IMG/VR virus record: IMGVR_UViG_3300033061_001070
Coordinates: 3,622-67,621 of that record
DNA length: 64,000 bases
Source: a virus
Taxonomy: Duplodnaviria; Caudoviricetes
Direction: 5' to 3' (one strand)
Notes under the pieces: generated by a model
The model's input: the letters and a program-made list of their open reading frames with translations, nothing else
The model's database searches: none
What the model was told of the DNA's origin: nothing
Shown here: piece by piece, positions 47,799 to 56,894 of the stretch
How the letters are laid out: every line of letters begins with the position of its first letter
Numbering within the stretch: position 1 is the stretch's first letter
Made by a program: the position numbers and the translations under genes

Positions 47799-49081
47799 AA
47801 TTTCTCCATAAATTCATATATTTTTTCTATAACATAGTCCAAATGTGCCAAGGTCAATCCAGGATGGCAACCAATCCAGAATGTGCGTTCCATCACATAA
47901 TCCGCCCCACTCAGGTCTCCATGTATCTCATACTTCACATTCTCCATCATGGGTTGGCGAGTAATATTGCCAGCGAACAAAGGACGGGTTCGGATTAGAT
48001 TTTCCTCCAGAAAGTCCACCAAGTCTTTTCTGGTAAACGCATCTGAGATAACCGTCATTGGGAAGCCAAATGGAGACGGAAGAGAATGAGAGCATTGCTG
48101 AACAAACATCAAATGTTCCCCAAATTGCTCCAGGTTTTCCCGCAAATATTGGTAATGTCGTCTCCTAATTTCCACGAATTTTGGGAGTTGGATCAATTGA
48201 GATAACCCCAATGCTCCTTGTAGTTCTGTCATCTTCAGATTGTAACCTAGACGGGTAAAGGTGTATTTGTGGTCATATCCATAGGGGAGATGTTTCCAAT
48301 TCAGGCTAAATCGCTTACCACAAGTATTATCTTGCCCAGGCAGACATTTGCAATCTCGTCCCCAATCTCGGAAACTATTTAACTCATGATAGAGATATTC
48401 ACTACTGGTAAATACTGCACCACCCTCACCAGTTGTAATATGATGAGCGGGAAAGAAACTTGCAATCGAACAACTCCCCAACTGACCAACCCCACGACCA
48501 CTTACTTCTGCACCAAGAGCATCGGCAATATCCTCGACTAAGAAACAATCTAACTCATCTGCAATAGTCTTGACAGCAGATACATCAAATGGGAAACCTA
48601 ATGTATGTGCCAAAACTATTCCAGCCGTCCAGCCCATAGTATCTATCGCCTCTAACACGGTGTCGGCATCAACATTTAGTGTTTCAGGGTTTATATCAAT
48701 AAACTTCGGGATAAGATTATTCTGGATAATCGGAGTAATAGTTGTCGGAAATCCAACTGCACAAGTTACTACTTTCTTTCCAAGCCTTCCGACATTAGTT
48801 TTCAAGGCAGTAAGAGCCAATAGACTGGCAGATGAACCAGAATTACATAGGACAGCATATCGTGTCCCTACAAATTTGCATAACTCTTTGGAGAATTGTC
48901 TACAGAGTGCGCCTTCGGTAAACCACCCATCTAATGTTGCAGATACTACGGAGACTAAATCATCTGGCGATATAACTGCGCCAGAGACAGGTACTATATC
49001 TATTCCTGCCCTAAATTCTTTTGGTTCTAAGTTCTCATCTGCATATTTTCTTATTTCATCCAGTATCTTCTGCTTGTTCAT
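47795..49081 (-). CDS. rfbH: CDP-4-keto-6-deoxyglucose 3-dehydratase (E1; RfbH/DdhC, DegT family)
   Basis: SFFPAHHITTGEGG (His in place of the usual Lys), RDCKC..DNTCGKRF Fe-S motif, YDHKY, GYNLK, RPLFAGN. Confidence 0.9.
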   Translation of the reverse strand: MNKQKILDEIRKYADENLEPKEFRAGIDIVPVSGAVISPDDLVSVVSATLDGWFTEGALCRQFSKELCKFVGTRYAVLCNSGSSASLLALTALKTNVGRLGKKVVTCAVGFPTTITPIIQNNLIPKFIDINPETLNVDADTVLEAIDTMGWTAGIVLAHTLGFPFDVSAVKTIADELDCFLVEDIADALGAEVSGRGVGQLGSCSIASFFPAHHITTGEGGAVFTSSEYLYHELNSFRDWGRDCKCLPGQDNTCGKRFSLNWKHLPYGYDHKYTFTRLGYNLKMTELQGALGLSQLIQLPKFVEIRRRHYQYLRENLEQFGEHLMFVQQCSHSLPSPFGFPMTVISDAFTRKDLVDFLEENLIRTRPLFAGNITRQPMMENVKYEIHGDLSGADYVMERTFWIGCHPGLTLAHLDYVIEKIYEFMEKL

Positions 49082-49445
49082 CTATATTTATTTTCCTTGG
49101 TCTCCATACAGGTTCTTCACCCAAATCACAAATCTGGCTAATTAACTTATTAATCCCCTTTGCCCACTCATCCATCTGTCTTTCTAACTCAGTTACTTTT
49201 CTTTCCAGTTTGTCTATGTTCTTCATAAGCCTAGTTTCTCTGTCAGCAGATTGGGATGCAATATCTGAATATTGTTTCGCAGTTTGCGATTTGGCTTCCT
49301 CAGCCTCACATTCAAGTTTCTTTGCAGTTGATTTTGCTACCTTCTGGTCACTTGGTGTCATTCTTGCTATCTTTATCCACATGAATATCATACCAATAAG
49401 TGCAGTTATTCCAGGGAGGGCATCACACCAATCATGTAAGGTCAT
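49056..49445 (-). CDS. Membrane-anchored coiled-coil protein (possible lysis accessory)
   Basis: N-terminal TM segment followed by heptad repeats. Confidence 0.5.
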   Translation of the reverse strand: MTLHDWCDALPGITALIGMIFMWIKIARMTPSDQKVAKSTAKKLECEAEEAKSQTAKQYSDIASQSADRETRLMKNIDKLERKVTELERQMDEWAKGINKLISQICDLGEEPVWRPRKINIDEQAEDTG

Positions 49446-50155
49446 TTCTTAATCTCCAGATGCTCGATTATTTCTTTGAAGTATGGTTGCCATTTGTTCA
49501 AATACTTTTGTCTATTTTCCTCTGTGTTCTTTGCTCTATCAGGATTGACCTTAGCGATAGTTGCCCCGCCAATATGTTTCAAATTAGGATTATTCAGGGC
49601 GACTATATTATATCCCAAAAGTGTTGCCTTTGTGCTTAAATCTATATCCTCGTAATCGTAAAATCCATAGATAGGGTCGAACCCTCCAATCTTCCTCCAT
49701 ACCTCTGTAGTACAGGCGACAAGCCAACCATTCGCATAGGGGAGGATATATTTCTTTCCTTCATATTCAAAGGTATTCCATCCACTATCCCAATAGATCA
49801 ATTCCCCGCCAATCAAGACATCATTAGATAATTTCTTCTCAATTTGAGATAGGAAATCTCCGATAATAATGACATCATTGGATAAGAAGATAAGTGCCTC
49901 TGCGCCATGATGCATTGCGATTTTCGCTCCAATATTCATTGATCCCCCAAATCCTATATTTTCAAGGTTCTTATAATATTTAATATTAGGACGGATAGAT
50001 TGCCACCATGCTACACCTTTCTCACAATCCTCCTGTGTACTGGCATCATTGACTAACACGATGTCAACATCTCGTGCATACCTATGTAAATTCATCAGAC
50101 AAGAATGAGTTAGAGACCACATATTATAGAAGGGAACGATAATAAATATTTTCAT
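49442..50155 (-). CDS. Glycosyltransferase family 2
   Basis: IIVPFYN, VNDAS, NIGFGGSMNIG, LSND, YEDIDLS. Confidence 0.88.
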   Translation of the reverse strand: MKIFIIVPFYNMWSLTHSCLMNLHRYARDVDIVLVNDASTQEDCEKGVAWWQSIRPNIKYYKNLENIGFGGSMNIGAKIAMHHGAEALIFLSNDVIIIGDFLSQIEKKLSNDVLIGGELIYWDSGWNTFEYEGKKYILPYANGWLVACTTEVWRKIGGFDPIYGFYDYEDIDLSTKATLLGYNIVALNNPNLKHIGGATIAKVNPDRAKNTEENRQKYLNKWQPYFKEIIEHLEIKK

Positions 50156-50343
50156 TTTGTAATTTCCGCCATCAGTCCTAAAAATAAGGAGAAAGTAAGA
50201 ACAACCAAAAGAAGAATAGGAAAAGCAAAGTAATTCATTGAATGGGAAGTAAAATATATTAATAAAATAGAACCTACAAACATACATCCTCCTATCCCTA
50301 CTAACAAAGACAATCCTCTAACCAATATTTTAAGGGTATTCAT
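50152..50343 (-). CDS. Small membrane protein
   Basis: 63 aa, two TM segments. Confidence 0.45.
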   Translation of the reverse strand: MNTLKILVRGLSLLVGIGGCMFVGSILLIYFTSHSMNYFAFPILLLVVLTFSLFLGLMAEITK

Positions 50344-50401
50344 CTCATCTCCTGAATTAATAATGCTCTAGGCGCACCACATTGGGTACATGATTTATCT
50401 T

Positions 50402-50896
50402 TCATTTCAATTCTTTGCTATCCAATTTTATCAATTTTTCTTGTAATCTAGAAATATCATCTATACCTAATTGGTCATTTACTTTATTCAATATTTGTGC
50501 AATCTCCGTGAATGGCTTACTTGTATAATCATTCTTCCAGAAAGCAATTCCTGAAGGAGTAATTTGTAAATATCTTGCATATGATGGTGCATATACGTCA
50601 ACAGCGAGAGCTTTATGTTCTTTACAGGGAAAAATTAACCATGCCCCTACTGATTGTAAACTCTCATAACTGCTTATATGAAAATCATTACAGTCATTTG
50701 CGTGACAATGCCAGCAAGTATCTATTCCTCGTTGCTGTCGGGGGGAAACCCAAAATTCCTTTAATTTGCCATGAAGCATCTTAAGACAAACTAGAAATTC
50801 TGCCCTACCTAAGTTTTGCCCGCCGGGTGTATCATCCAGCCATTTGAAAGGCATAAATACATTTTCTTCTATTTCTACTTGTTTTAATTTGTACAT
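50402..50896 (-). CDS. Hypothetical protein
   Basis: 164 aa, CWHCH motif. Confidence 0.55.
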   Translation of the reverse strand: MYKLKQVEIEENVFMPFKWLDDTPGGQNLGRAEFLVCLKMLHGKLKEFWVSPRQQRGIDTCWHCHANDCNDFHISSYESLQSVGAWLIFPCKEHKALAVDVYAPSYARYLQITPSGIAFWKNDYTSKPFTEIAQILNKVNDQLGIDDISRLQEKLIKLDSKELK

Positions 50897-50898
50897 TT

Positions 50899-51708
50899 TT
50901 ATTTCTCTATTCTAATTTTCATTGCTTCAAGACCCTCAGCAACAGTATAAATAGGCAACTTTAGTTTCTTTGCTAAATTAGTTTTCAATCCTGCATGGCG
51001 AGGACGAAATGCCATCCCAGGTACATCATTTGAAGGTTTAATTAATTCTGAATTGTAGCCAAAGATATTCGCAATCATTACTGCAAACTCATATCTACTC
51101 AGTACATTATCCCCTGCAATATTTACAATTCTAGGCGATGTAGGCAATTCACACAATTTCAATAATGCTTCTGCTAAATGGGGTACATAAGTTGGCGATC
51201 CTCTAAGTTTAGTAGTTACCCAAAATGGTACACTAAGTTCAAGACTATCTAGTATCTTAGTTACAAAATCTGGCTTCCATCCTCCATATAGAATAGTAGT
51301 ACGCACAACTACATCCCTAGAATTTTTATGGGCAAGGATAATTTCTTCACCTAATAGTTTTGTGTATCCATATTGACAGATTGGATTAGGTCTAGAATTT
51401 TCACTATATGCGCCATTTAATCCATTGAAAACATAATCTGTACTCATGTACACGATTTGCCCATCGAACAGAGAACGTAAGATAAATGTCCCTATCTTAT
51501 TGACGCGCTCTGCCTCTTTGTATCTTTTGTTTTCTGAACCATCTACATCTGTAATAGAAGCACAATGGATAATAACATCTGGCTTCTCCAAATCCAATAT
51601 TGCCTTGACTTGGGGAGTTTCTGTGACATCGCAGATTAATGGAATACATCCGCGATTGCATAATTCATTTCCTAATCGCCCTTTATATCCGGTTACTCCA
51701 ATTTTCAT
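50899..51708 (-). CDS. rfbD: NDP-4-keto sugar reductase (RmlD/RfbD-like)
   Basis: VTGYKGRLG, HCASITDVD, MSTDYVFNG, YGYTKLLGE. Confidence 0.88.
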   Translation of the reverse strand: MKIGVTGYKGRLGNELCNRGCIPLICDVTETPQVKAILDLEKPDVIIHCASITDVDGSENKRYKEAERVNKIGTFILRSLFDGQIVYMSTDYVFNGLNGAYSENSRPNPICQYGYTKLLGEEIILAHKNSRDVVVRTTILYGGWKPDFVTKILDSLELSVPFWVTTKLRGSPTYVPHLAEALLKLCELPTSPRIVNIAGDNVLSRYEFAVMIANIFGYNSELIKPSNDVPGMAFRPRHAGLKTNLAKKLKLPIYTVAEGLEAMKIRIEK

Positions 51709-52535
51709 TTTGCTAATCTCTCCTCATTTGCTAATTTAAGTCCTTCATAAGTAGAATATATTGGTATACCCAAAGACCGCGCTAATTCGCAATTCAGTCC
51801 CGTTCTCATAGGTCGAGGGGACGCTTGTATCTCTCGTGATCTTGGAATTATAAGAGATTCATCCAATCCAAATACTTGAGATGCCATACTCCAAAATTCA
51901 TAATAATTCATTGTCTCATTATTGGATATATTAACAATTGAGGGCGTGTCCTCTATATTATTAGCCAAAAATAATAATCCATCTACAAAATGTCTTACAT
52001 GCAGGAAGGAACGTTTGATAAGAGTAGTATATTCTTTAGGCTTGCCAAGTAATAAATTATTTACATCTTCCTGCATAGTAGACCAACTAAATAATTTACT
52101 AGAACGTACTACTATAGATTTAGCCACTCCATAGGTACTTATCGCCTCCCCTGCCCATTTAGTTAATCCATATACATTTATGGGATGGGGGTCTTGCTTC
52201 TCACTATATGCCCAATATTTCCTTCCATCGAACACATGGTCAGTACTTACATAGATTATCACATCCTGACTTGTCAAATTATCAACTAAGTTGGAAACTC
52301 CTCTAACATTGACATTGAAGGCTTCCATGCGATGTTCTTCGCAATAATCTACATCGGTAAGCGCGGCAAGATGGATAATTATAAGAGATGTATCAGGATG
52401 ACCCGCCAATTCAAGAGCATCTCCTATTTCAAGCGGTTTTAGAATGTCACATTTTAGGGGTTCTATTCCTCTGCGGAGTAACTCTTGACCAACATACCCC
52501 TCACTCCCCGTCATTACTATTTTCATCTTCTTCAT
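51705..52535 (-). CDS. rfbD: Second NDP-4-keto sugar reductase (RmlD/RfbD-like)
   Basis: MTGSEGYVG, HLAALTDVDYCE, VSTDHVFDG, YGLTKWAGE. Confidence 0.88.
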   Translation of the reverse strand: MKKMKIVMTGSEGYVGQELLRRGIEPLKCDILKPLEIGDALELAGHPDTSLIIIHLAALTDVDYCEEHRMEAFNVNVRGVSNLVDNLTSQDVIIYVSTDHVFDGRKYWAYSEKQDPHPINVYGLTKWAGEAISTYGVAKSIVVRSSKLFSWSTMQEDVNNLLLGKPKEYTTLIKRSFLHVRHFVDGLLFLANNIEDTPSIVNISNNETMNYYEFWSMASQVFGLDESLIIPRSREIQASPRPMRTGLNCELARSLGIPIYSTYEGLKLANEERLAK

Positions 52536-52815
52536 CCTTTACATCTTCAATCTTTATAGTTATATAATGATCTCCATCTTCCATCTGATCTAAACTCATA
52601 TCTAGGCGAAATCTCCCTCTCGTCCTTGCCAAATGAGTTTCATAAATTTCCTTAGGAATTTTTATCTTTCCTCCATATATTTCATAGATATAGCGAATGA
52701 GATTAGAATTAAGTTGATTTATCCCCATCAGTTTATCGCACATAATTCCGGTATCCACAAGGAAATCTGTAAGATGGCTTGAATAGTTCTCCATCGTCTC
52801 TTTCATAGGTTTCAT
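52501..52815 (-). CDS. Hypothetical protein
   Basis: 104 aa, AGGAG SD. Confidence 0.55.
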   Translation of the reverse strand: MKPMKETMENYSSHLTDFLVDTGIMCDKLMGINQLNSNLIRYIYEIYGGKIKIPKEIYETHLARTRGRFRLDMSLDQMEDGDHYITIKIEDVKDEEDENSNDGE

Positions 52816-52839
52816 TTTTATTTTCTCCTTTTCTAATTA

Positions 52840-52890
52840 AATCTGCATAGCCAATTCAGGTTCTAGCCAGAATATAAGGCTATGCAGATT
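52840..52890. terminator. Inverted repeat after the holin gene
   Basis: AATCTGCATAGCC (52840-52)/GGCTATGCAGATT (52878-90). Confidence 0.5.
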
Positions 52891-52936
52891 ATACACTAGA
52901 TTATATAGTTTGTTTATTAGAATTTCATTAGAAATT

Positions 52937-53206
52937 CTAGTCATTCCGAGTGGCTAACTTGTAATAGCCACTTGCAGTCATACCAAACAGGACACCATAG
53001 ACCGCGATGCTTACCCATTGTGCCATTCCAGGGAACAAGACCTGTAACTGCAAGACCACAGCTAATACTATGCCCAAACCCATCGAGATAGTAGTAACAA
53101 TCTTGCCCTCAAGACTAAATAGTTCCTTGATAAATTGGACAAGCCCAGGAAGCATTGCTAAAATAAGCAGAGGTGTAACAATACCAAATAGTTCAGACAT
53201 TTTCAA
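52937..53206 (-). CDS. Holin
   Basis: 89 aa, three TM segments, C-terminal GMTASGYYK motif. Confidence 0.7.
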   Translation of the reverse strand: MKMSELFGIVTPLLILAMLPGLVQFIKELFSLEGKIVTTISMGLGIVLAVVLQLQVLFPGMAQWVSIAVYGVLFGMTASGYYKLATRND

Positions 53207-53406
53207 CTCCTATTTTGTTCTCGTAATCGTTTTACTCTTGCCGACCTCGGTTCATTAGACACCGTGTCATCTTTAGAAATCGTAGACCAAATTTCATCTA
53301 CTAATTCATCCTTCGTCCATGCTGAGGACGCGCCTTCTATATTATAATACCTCGCTAAGGCAATTAGGTTGCCTTTAACCATTTTCGTAAGTTCTTCTCT
53401 TGTCAT
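53203..53406 (-). CDS. Rho-N/HeH-like small nucleic-acid-binding protein
   Basis: LTKMVKGNLIALARYYNIEG..WTKDELVDEI. Confidence 0.6.
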   Translation of the reverse strand: MTREELTKMVKGNLIALARYYNIEGASSAWTKDELVDEIWSTISKDDTVSNEPRSARVKRLREQNRS

Positions 53407-53675
53407 ATTCTTTTTCCTTCCCAAAGGTCTGTCTCCTGTTGAGTTGCAAGGCGAAAAAGATGTCTCCCACTTTCGCCTCCAGGACATCCACAACCTCTAC
53501 CTTTGCGATTTATAAGTATATCTACATGCTCAGGACGCACATACGCGAGAGAGAAATATCTGCGATATTGAAATTCATATATCTCCTTCTCGATATTGAT
53601 CCTTGTTGAATTTGCTGAGTAATATAGAACCGCTACCCATCCTGCACCATTTGTTATCATATATGGCATTACCAT
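53403..53675 (-). CDS. Hypothetical protein
   Basis: 90 aa, CGCPG motif. Confidence 0.5.
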   Translation of the reverse strand: MVMPYMITNGAGWVAVLYYSANSTRINIEKEIYEFQYRRYFSLAYVRPEHVDILINRKGRGCGCPGGESGRHLFRLATQQETDLWEGKRI

Positions 53676-53677
53676 GA

Positions 53678-53959
53678 TTATTCAGAATGAATTGCCGCCT
53701 TTATACTTCGCAGAGCATCAGGATAAGATGAGGGGAAAAGTAATGTTCTCGCTATATAGCGAGTTTCAATCTCTTCTAAAGTAGGACTTTCAACAAGTGT
53801 TGTAAGTCTGCCTCCTAACATAATATAGATTTGCTGTACACTACCTTGGGTAAAACAAAACTTCTGTCGTTTTGGGTCTGTCTTATCTATCCTGCATAAA
53901 TCCGCCCCATACGCAATTAGGGCGGCGGCTAAATACATATCTCCAACTAATTTTTCCAT
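53678..53959 (-). CDS. DUF5659-like protein
   Basis: DMYLAAALIAYGADL..ID..KFCF. Confidence 0.6.
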   Translation of the reverse strand: MEKLVGDMYLAAALIAYGADLCRIDKTDPKRQKFCFTQGSVQQIYIMLGGRLTTLVESPTLEEIETRYIARTLLFPSSYPDALRSIKAAIHSE

Positions 53960-53965
53960 TTATAT

Positions 53966-54029
53966 TTCCTTTCTCCTATGGCAGAGAGCGAGAAAGGAGT
54001 AAAAGTCGCTCTCTGCATACTAGGAGGAG
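53966..54029 (-). promoter_or_regulatory. Anti-SD plus GC hairpin plus SD element
   Basis: 11-bp stem GCAGAGAGCGA/TCGCTCTCTGC (53981-54016); anti-SD upstream and in the loop; AGGAGAAAGG SD downstream on the - strand. Confidence 0.5.
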
Positions 54030-54037
54030 AACCATGA

Positions 54038-54679
54038 TTATGTAACGGCAGCTTTACCAATCCGCTGAACAACTATAGATGCAGACCTTGGCTTGAACCA
54101 TGTTGATGCCAAAGTAGGCAGAACATAGAGAGAAACCGTAACCGCAGTTCCAGAGACATACTCAATGGCTTCGCCAGATACATTGATTGCAGTACCACTT
54201 GAGGATGGTCTAGCCCTAGCAACCGCCTCAGGCAAACCAATTCCGGCTACATAAGGCTCAATGGCATATTCAGAGTTCGGGTCGCCTTCAAAGGAGACCG
54301 ACCAATGAACAAGATAGTTGCCAACATCATTAATGTATATTCTATCTTGAGAAGGTGTTGCGGTGATTCCTGTGGTGACATATACCGAGGCATTCTGGAA
54401 TGTTCCAGTAATCTTGGTATAAACGGTGGCTGAGAGAGTAGTCATGACGGCTGTGCCAGTCCATGCCCAAATTCCGCCATACTTTATAGCAAAAACGGTA
54501 TCTAGGAACTCGTCCTCAAGTCCACCAAGAGAGCCTTCCAAGAGTTGAGTGATGCGCGATAAGGAATCATCCCAAGCCATGCGACCCAAGGTCTCAGGGA
54601 CATCGGAAGGATTTATGCCCTTCAAGATGTTATATATTCGTTCTAAAGATTCATTAGCTGAATAGTCATAAACTGTCAT
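54038..54679 (-). CDS. Putative capsid decoration/head fibre protein
   Basis: Downstream of MCP; Ser/Thr-rich beta-sandwich (C1q/BclA-like) C-terminus. Confidence 0.5.
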   Translation of the reverse strand: MTVYDYSANESLERIYNILKGINPSDVPETLGRMAWDDSLSRITQLLEGSLGGLEDEFLDTVFAIKYGGIWAWTGTAVMTTLSATVYTKITGTFQNASVYVTTGITATPSQDRIYINDVGNYLVHWSVSFEGDPNSEYAIEPYVAGIGLPEAVARARPSSSGTAINVSGEAIEYVSGTAVTVSLYVLPTLASTWFKPRSASIVVQRIGKAAVT

Positions 54680-54730
54680 TTCTTTCCTCCTCAATACAAA
54701 GTTCAAAACTAGTTTCAAACCATCTTGCAA

Positions 54731-54739
54731 ATTATATCA
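54731..54739 (-). promoter_or_regulatory. Extended -10 promoter TGATATAAT
   Basis: Exact motif just downstream of the HNH stop codon. Confidence 0.55.
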
Positions 54740-54744
54740 CGAAA

Positions 54745-55491
54745 TCATTTTAACTTGGAACGGAAAGCAAGTATTTCTAGATATATTTGCTTCTTGGAAT
54801 GAATAAGAGAATGACAAGAATTACACAAAAGGATCAAATTGTCAATATTTGGGTTGTTCTTATCTCCATCTATATGATGGATGCGAGATTGATTAGAGTT
54901 ATGTAAATCCACTTTACATAGTCTGCATATATAATTATCTCGCTCTTTAACCTGTATCTTCAATTTCTTAGACCATTTAGTATATTTACTTTCTCCTACA
55001 AATCCATTCCAATAAGTTTTTCCTGTGTGAGCAAGAGAAATTTTCTTTCTAGTATCCTCTGAAATAATACGCCCCATTAACCGTTTACTAATACGATTTC
55101 CAAATTCATCGGAGGAGATAAGAATGATATTATTAGGATTAATATTTCTAGGATTTCCATCTCTATAGGATACTCTACATCCATTAAGGATTTCCCCTCT
55201 ATTCGTCTCCCACCACCAACGCGCGTAACACATATTAATACGTTTACCCGTAATTTCATCCTTCCAAAATGCTATATATGCCCCCCTTCGCTTATCCCAA
55301 GATTTACCAGCATTCTTTTTTCCTAACCTATTAATCCTTCTAGTAGGAGTACTTGGACTTCCAGCCAATATATAACAGGATCGAGAACAATATTTGCTTT
55401 GTCCTTTATCCACTCTCTCCTTTCTACCCTTAAATTCTATCCCACAATATACACAAACTACCTTAACCATTTCATGTCTATCAGATTTCAT
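54745..55491 (-). CDS. HNH homing endonuclease (NUMOD3-like plus HNH)
   Basis: DGNPRNINPNN, SEDTRKKISLAHTG, CRLC..IHHIDGDKNNPNIDNLILLCNSCH. Confidence 0.88.
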   Translation of the reverse strand: MKSDRHEMVKVVCVYCGIEFKGRKERVDKGQSKYCSRSCYILAGSPSTPTRRINRLGKKNAGKSWDKRRGAYIAFWKDEITGKRINMCYARWWWETNRGEILNGCRVSYRDGNPRNINPNNIILISSDEFGNRISKRLMGRIISEDTRKKISLAHTGKTYWNGFVGESKYTKWSKKLKIQVKERDNYICRLCKVDLHNSNQSRIHHIDGDKNNPNIDNLILLCNSCHSLIHSKKQIYLEILAFRSKLK

Positions 55492-55508
55492 TTTGTCCTC
55501 CTCAATAT

Positions 55509-55568
55509 AAAAAATAAGACGACCAAACCGATCGTCTTATTTATACACTAAAGAGACTACATTGTCAA
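55509..55568 (-). terminator. MCP terminator overlapped by the HNH promoter
   Basis: 11-bp stem 55512-55542 plus T6; TTGACA (55563-68), 17 bp, TATAAA (55540-45) on the - strand. Confidence 0.7.
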
Positions 55569-55578
55569 GGGCAATATA

Positions 55579-56796
55579 CTAAGCAATTACCGTGCATGTG
55601 GTCGTGACCCTCCCTGAAAATTGGCTGGTGTACTGACCTTGAGCGCAGCACATCTTGATAACTAAGGCGGTAGCCGCCCAAATCTCAAAGGAAACCGCAG
55701 TACAACCAGGAGCTAAATCTTGATAAGCTAATGGAATTTGGGTAATCTTGTAGACCAATGGTTCACCATTGTGGGTCATGCGCAATGCCCAAATATCTGC
55801 CTGGAACTGTGTAGTGCTTCCACCAGGAGTACCACGATTGAAGTTATTATCTGCAATAACCATCAAGCGACCAACAGCAGTAGTGACGAAGGATGCGAAG
55901 TTAAACCCAGGAACAATCCGATTTCCGTCTTGGAAGTTGATAAGTTGAGAGCCTTGGAAACCAAGTTGGAAATATGCACTCATTACTTCCTGAATTGCCG
56001 CAGGATGCCCAAGCAATGCTGTAGGAATAGCACAACCTTCACCTAGCCAGCGATCAAAGGAGATTGCAGAGAATGTGCCTGAAGCAGTATTGCTATTGGT
56101 ATGGAAGGAACAAGACTGCGCACTCTGCCAGTTCTCGATACCATTAAACTCCAAGGAACGAGTAGAGGTACTACCATTCACCAACATATTGTCCCAACCA
56201 TTCAGGACAAGGGTCATGCCCAAGCGAACTTCTTTTGCCTTTACATCCCGAATATTCTCACGTTGGAAAGTCCCCATATCATACGCGCCAGGAAGTCCTT
56301 CACCCGCAACAGTTCCACCAAGTAATGCACCGATGCCTCCTCTACCAGCGATTGCGGCAGAGTTCATAATGTCACGGACGGACAAAGATTTCTTCACACC
56401 AATATTCTTAAGAGTAACATAGAAGTTGTCACCCTCATGGTAATATTGTTCGGGGCAATAACCATCTTGGAATGCCAACCAATAATTAATATTAGAAGAT
56501 GTACCAGAGGTTAGCCGTAATACATCCATTTCCTGCCAAGTATAAGTACTCAGTTGAGTACGTTCCTCCGGCAGGGCTTTCCACAATGAAATTTCCTCGC
56601 ACATAGCAAGGATTTCAAGTGGATCAAGAGGGTTAGGATATTGTGCAGTATAATCCGTAGGTTGAGCATAAACTGGATGCATCAAGGGATCAGTATCCCG
56701 CTGAACCAATGGTGCTTGCTCTGCTACAAATGCCACTTTTTGTTCTTTATCTTCCCCTAGATTTGCAACTAATTCACCCGCTAAAGGGTTAGTCAT
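55579..56796 (-). CDS. Major capsid protein
   Basis: 405 aa after protease/scaffold; own promoter, strong SD and downstream terminator. Confidence 0.8.
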   Translation of the reverse strand: MTNPLAGELVANLGEDKEQKVAFVAEQAPLVQRDTDPLMHPVYAQPTDYTAQYPNPLDPLEILAMCEEISLWKALPEERTQLSTYTWQEMDVLRLTSGTSSNINYWLAFQDGYCPEQYYHEGDNFYVTLKNIGVKKSLSVRDIMNSAAIAGRGGIGALLGGTVAGEGLPGAYDMGTFQRENIRDVKAKEVRLGMTLVLNGWDNMLVNGSTSTRSLEFNGIENWQSAQSCSFHTNSNTASGTFSAISFDRWLGEGCAIPTALLGHPAAIQEVMSAYFQLGFQGSQLINFQDGNRIVPGFNFASFVTTAVGRLMVIADNNFNRGTPGGSTTQFQADIWALRMTHNGEPLVYKITQIPLAYQDLAPGCTAVSFEIWAATALVIKMCCAQGQYTSQFSGRVTTTCTVIA

Positions 56797-56872
56797 TTCA
56801 GACCTCCAAAAGTATAGTTAGATTTATTTGGCTGTCTGACGCTGATAACAGCTTAACCAGAGTTTCGCCGTT

Positions 56873-56881
56873 ATTATATCA
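56873..56881 (-). promoter_or_regulatory. Extended -10 promoter TGATATAAT for MCP
   Basis: Exact motif in the 98-bp gap upstream of MCP. Confidence 0.6.
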
Positions 56882-56894
56882 CAATATTTATTGC

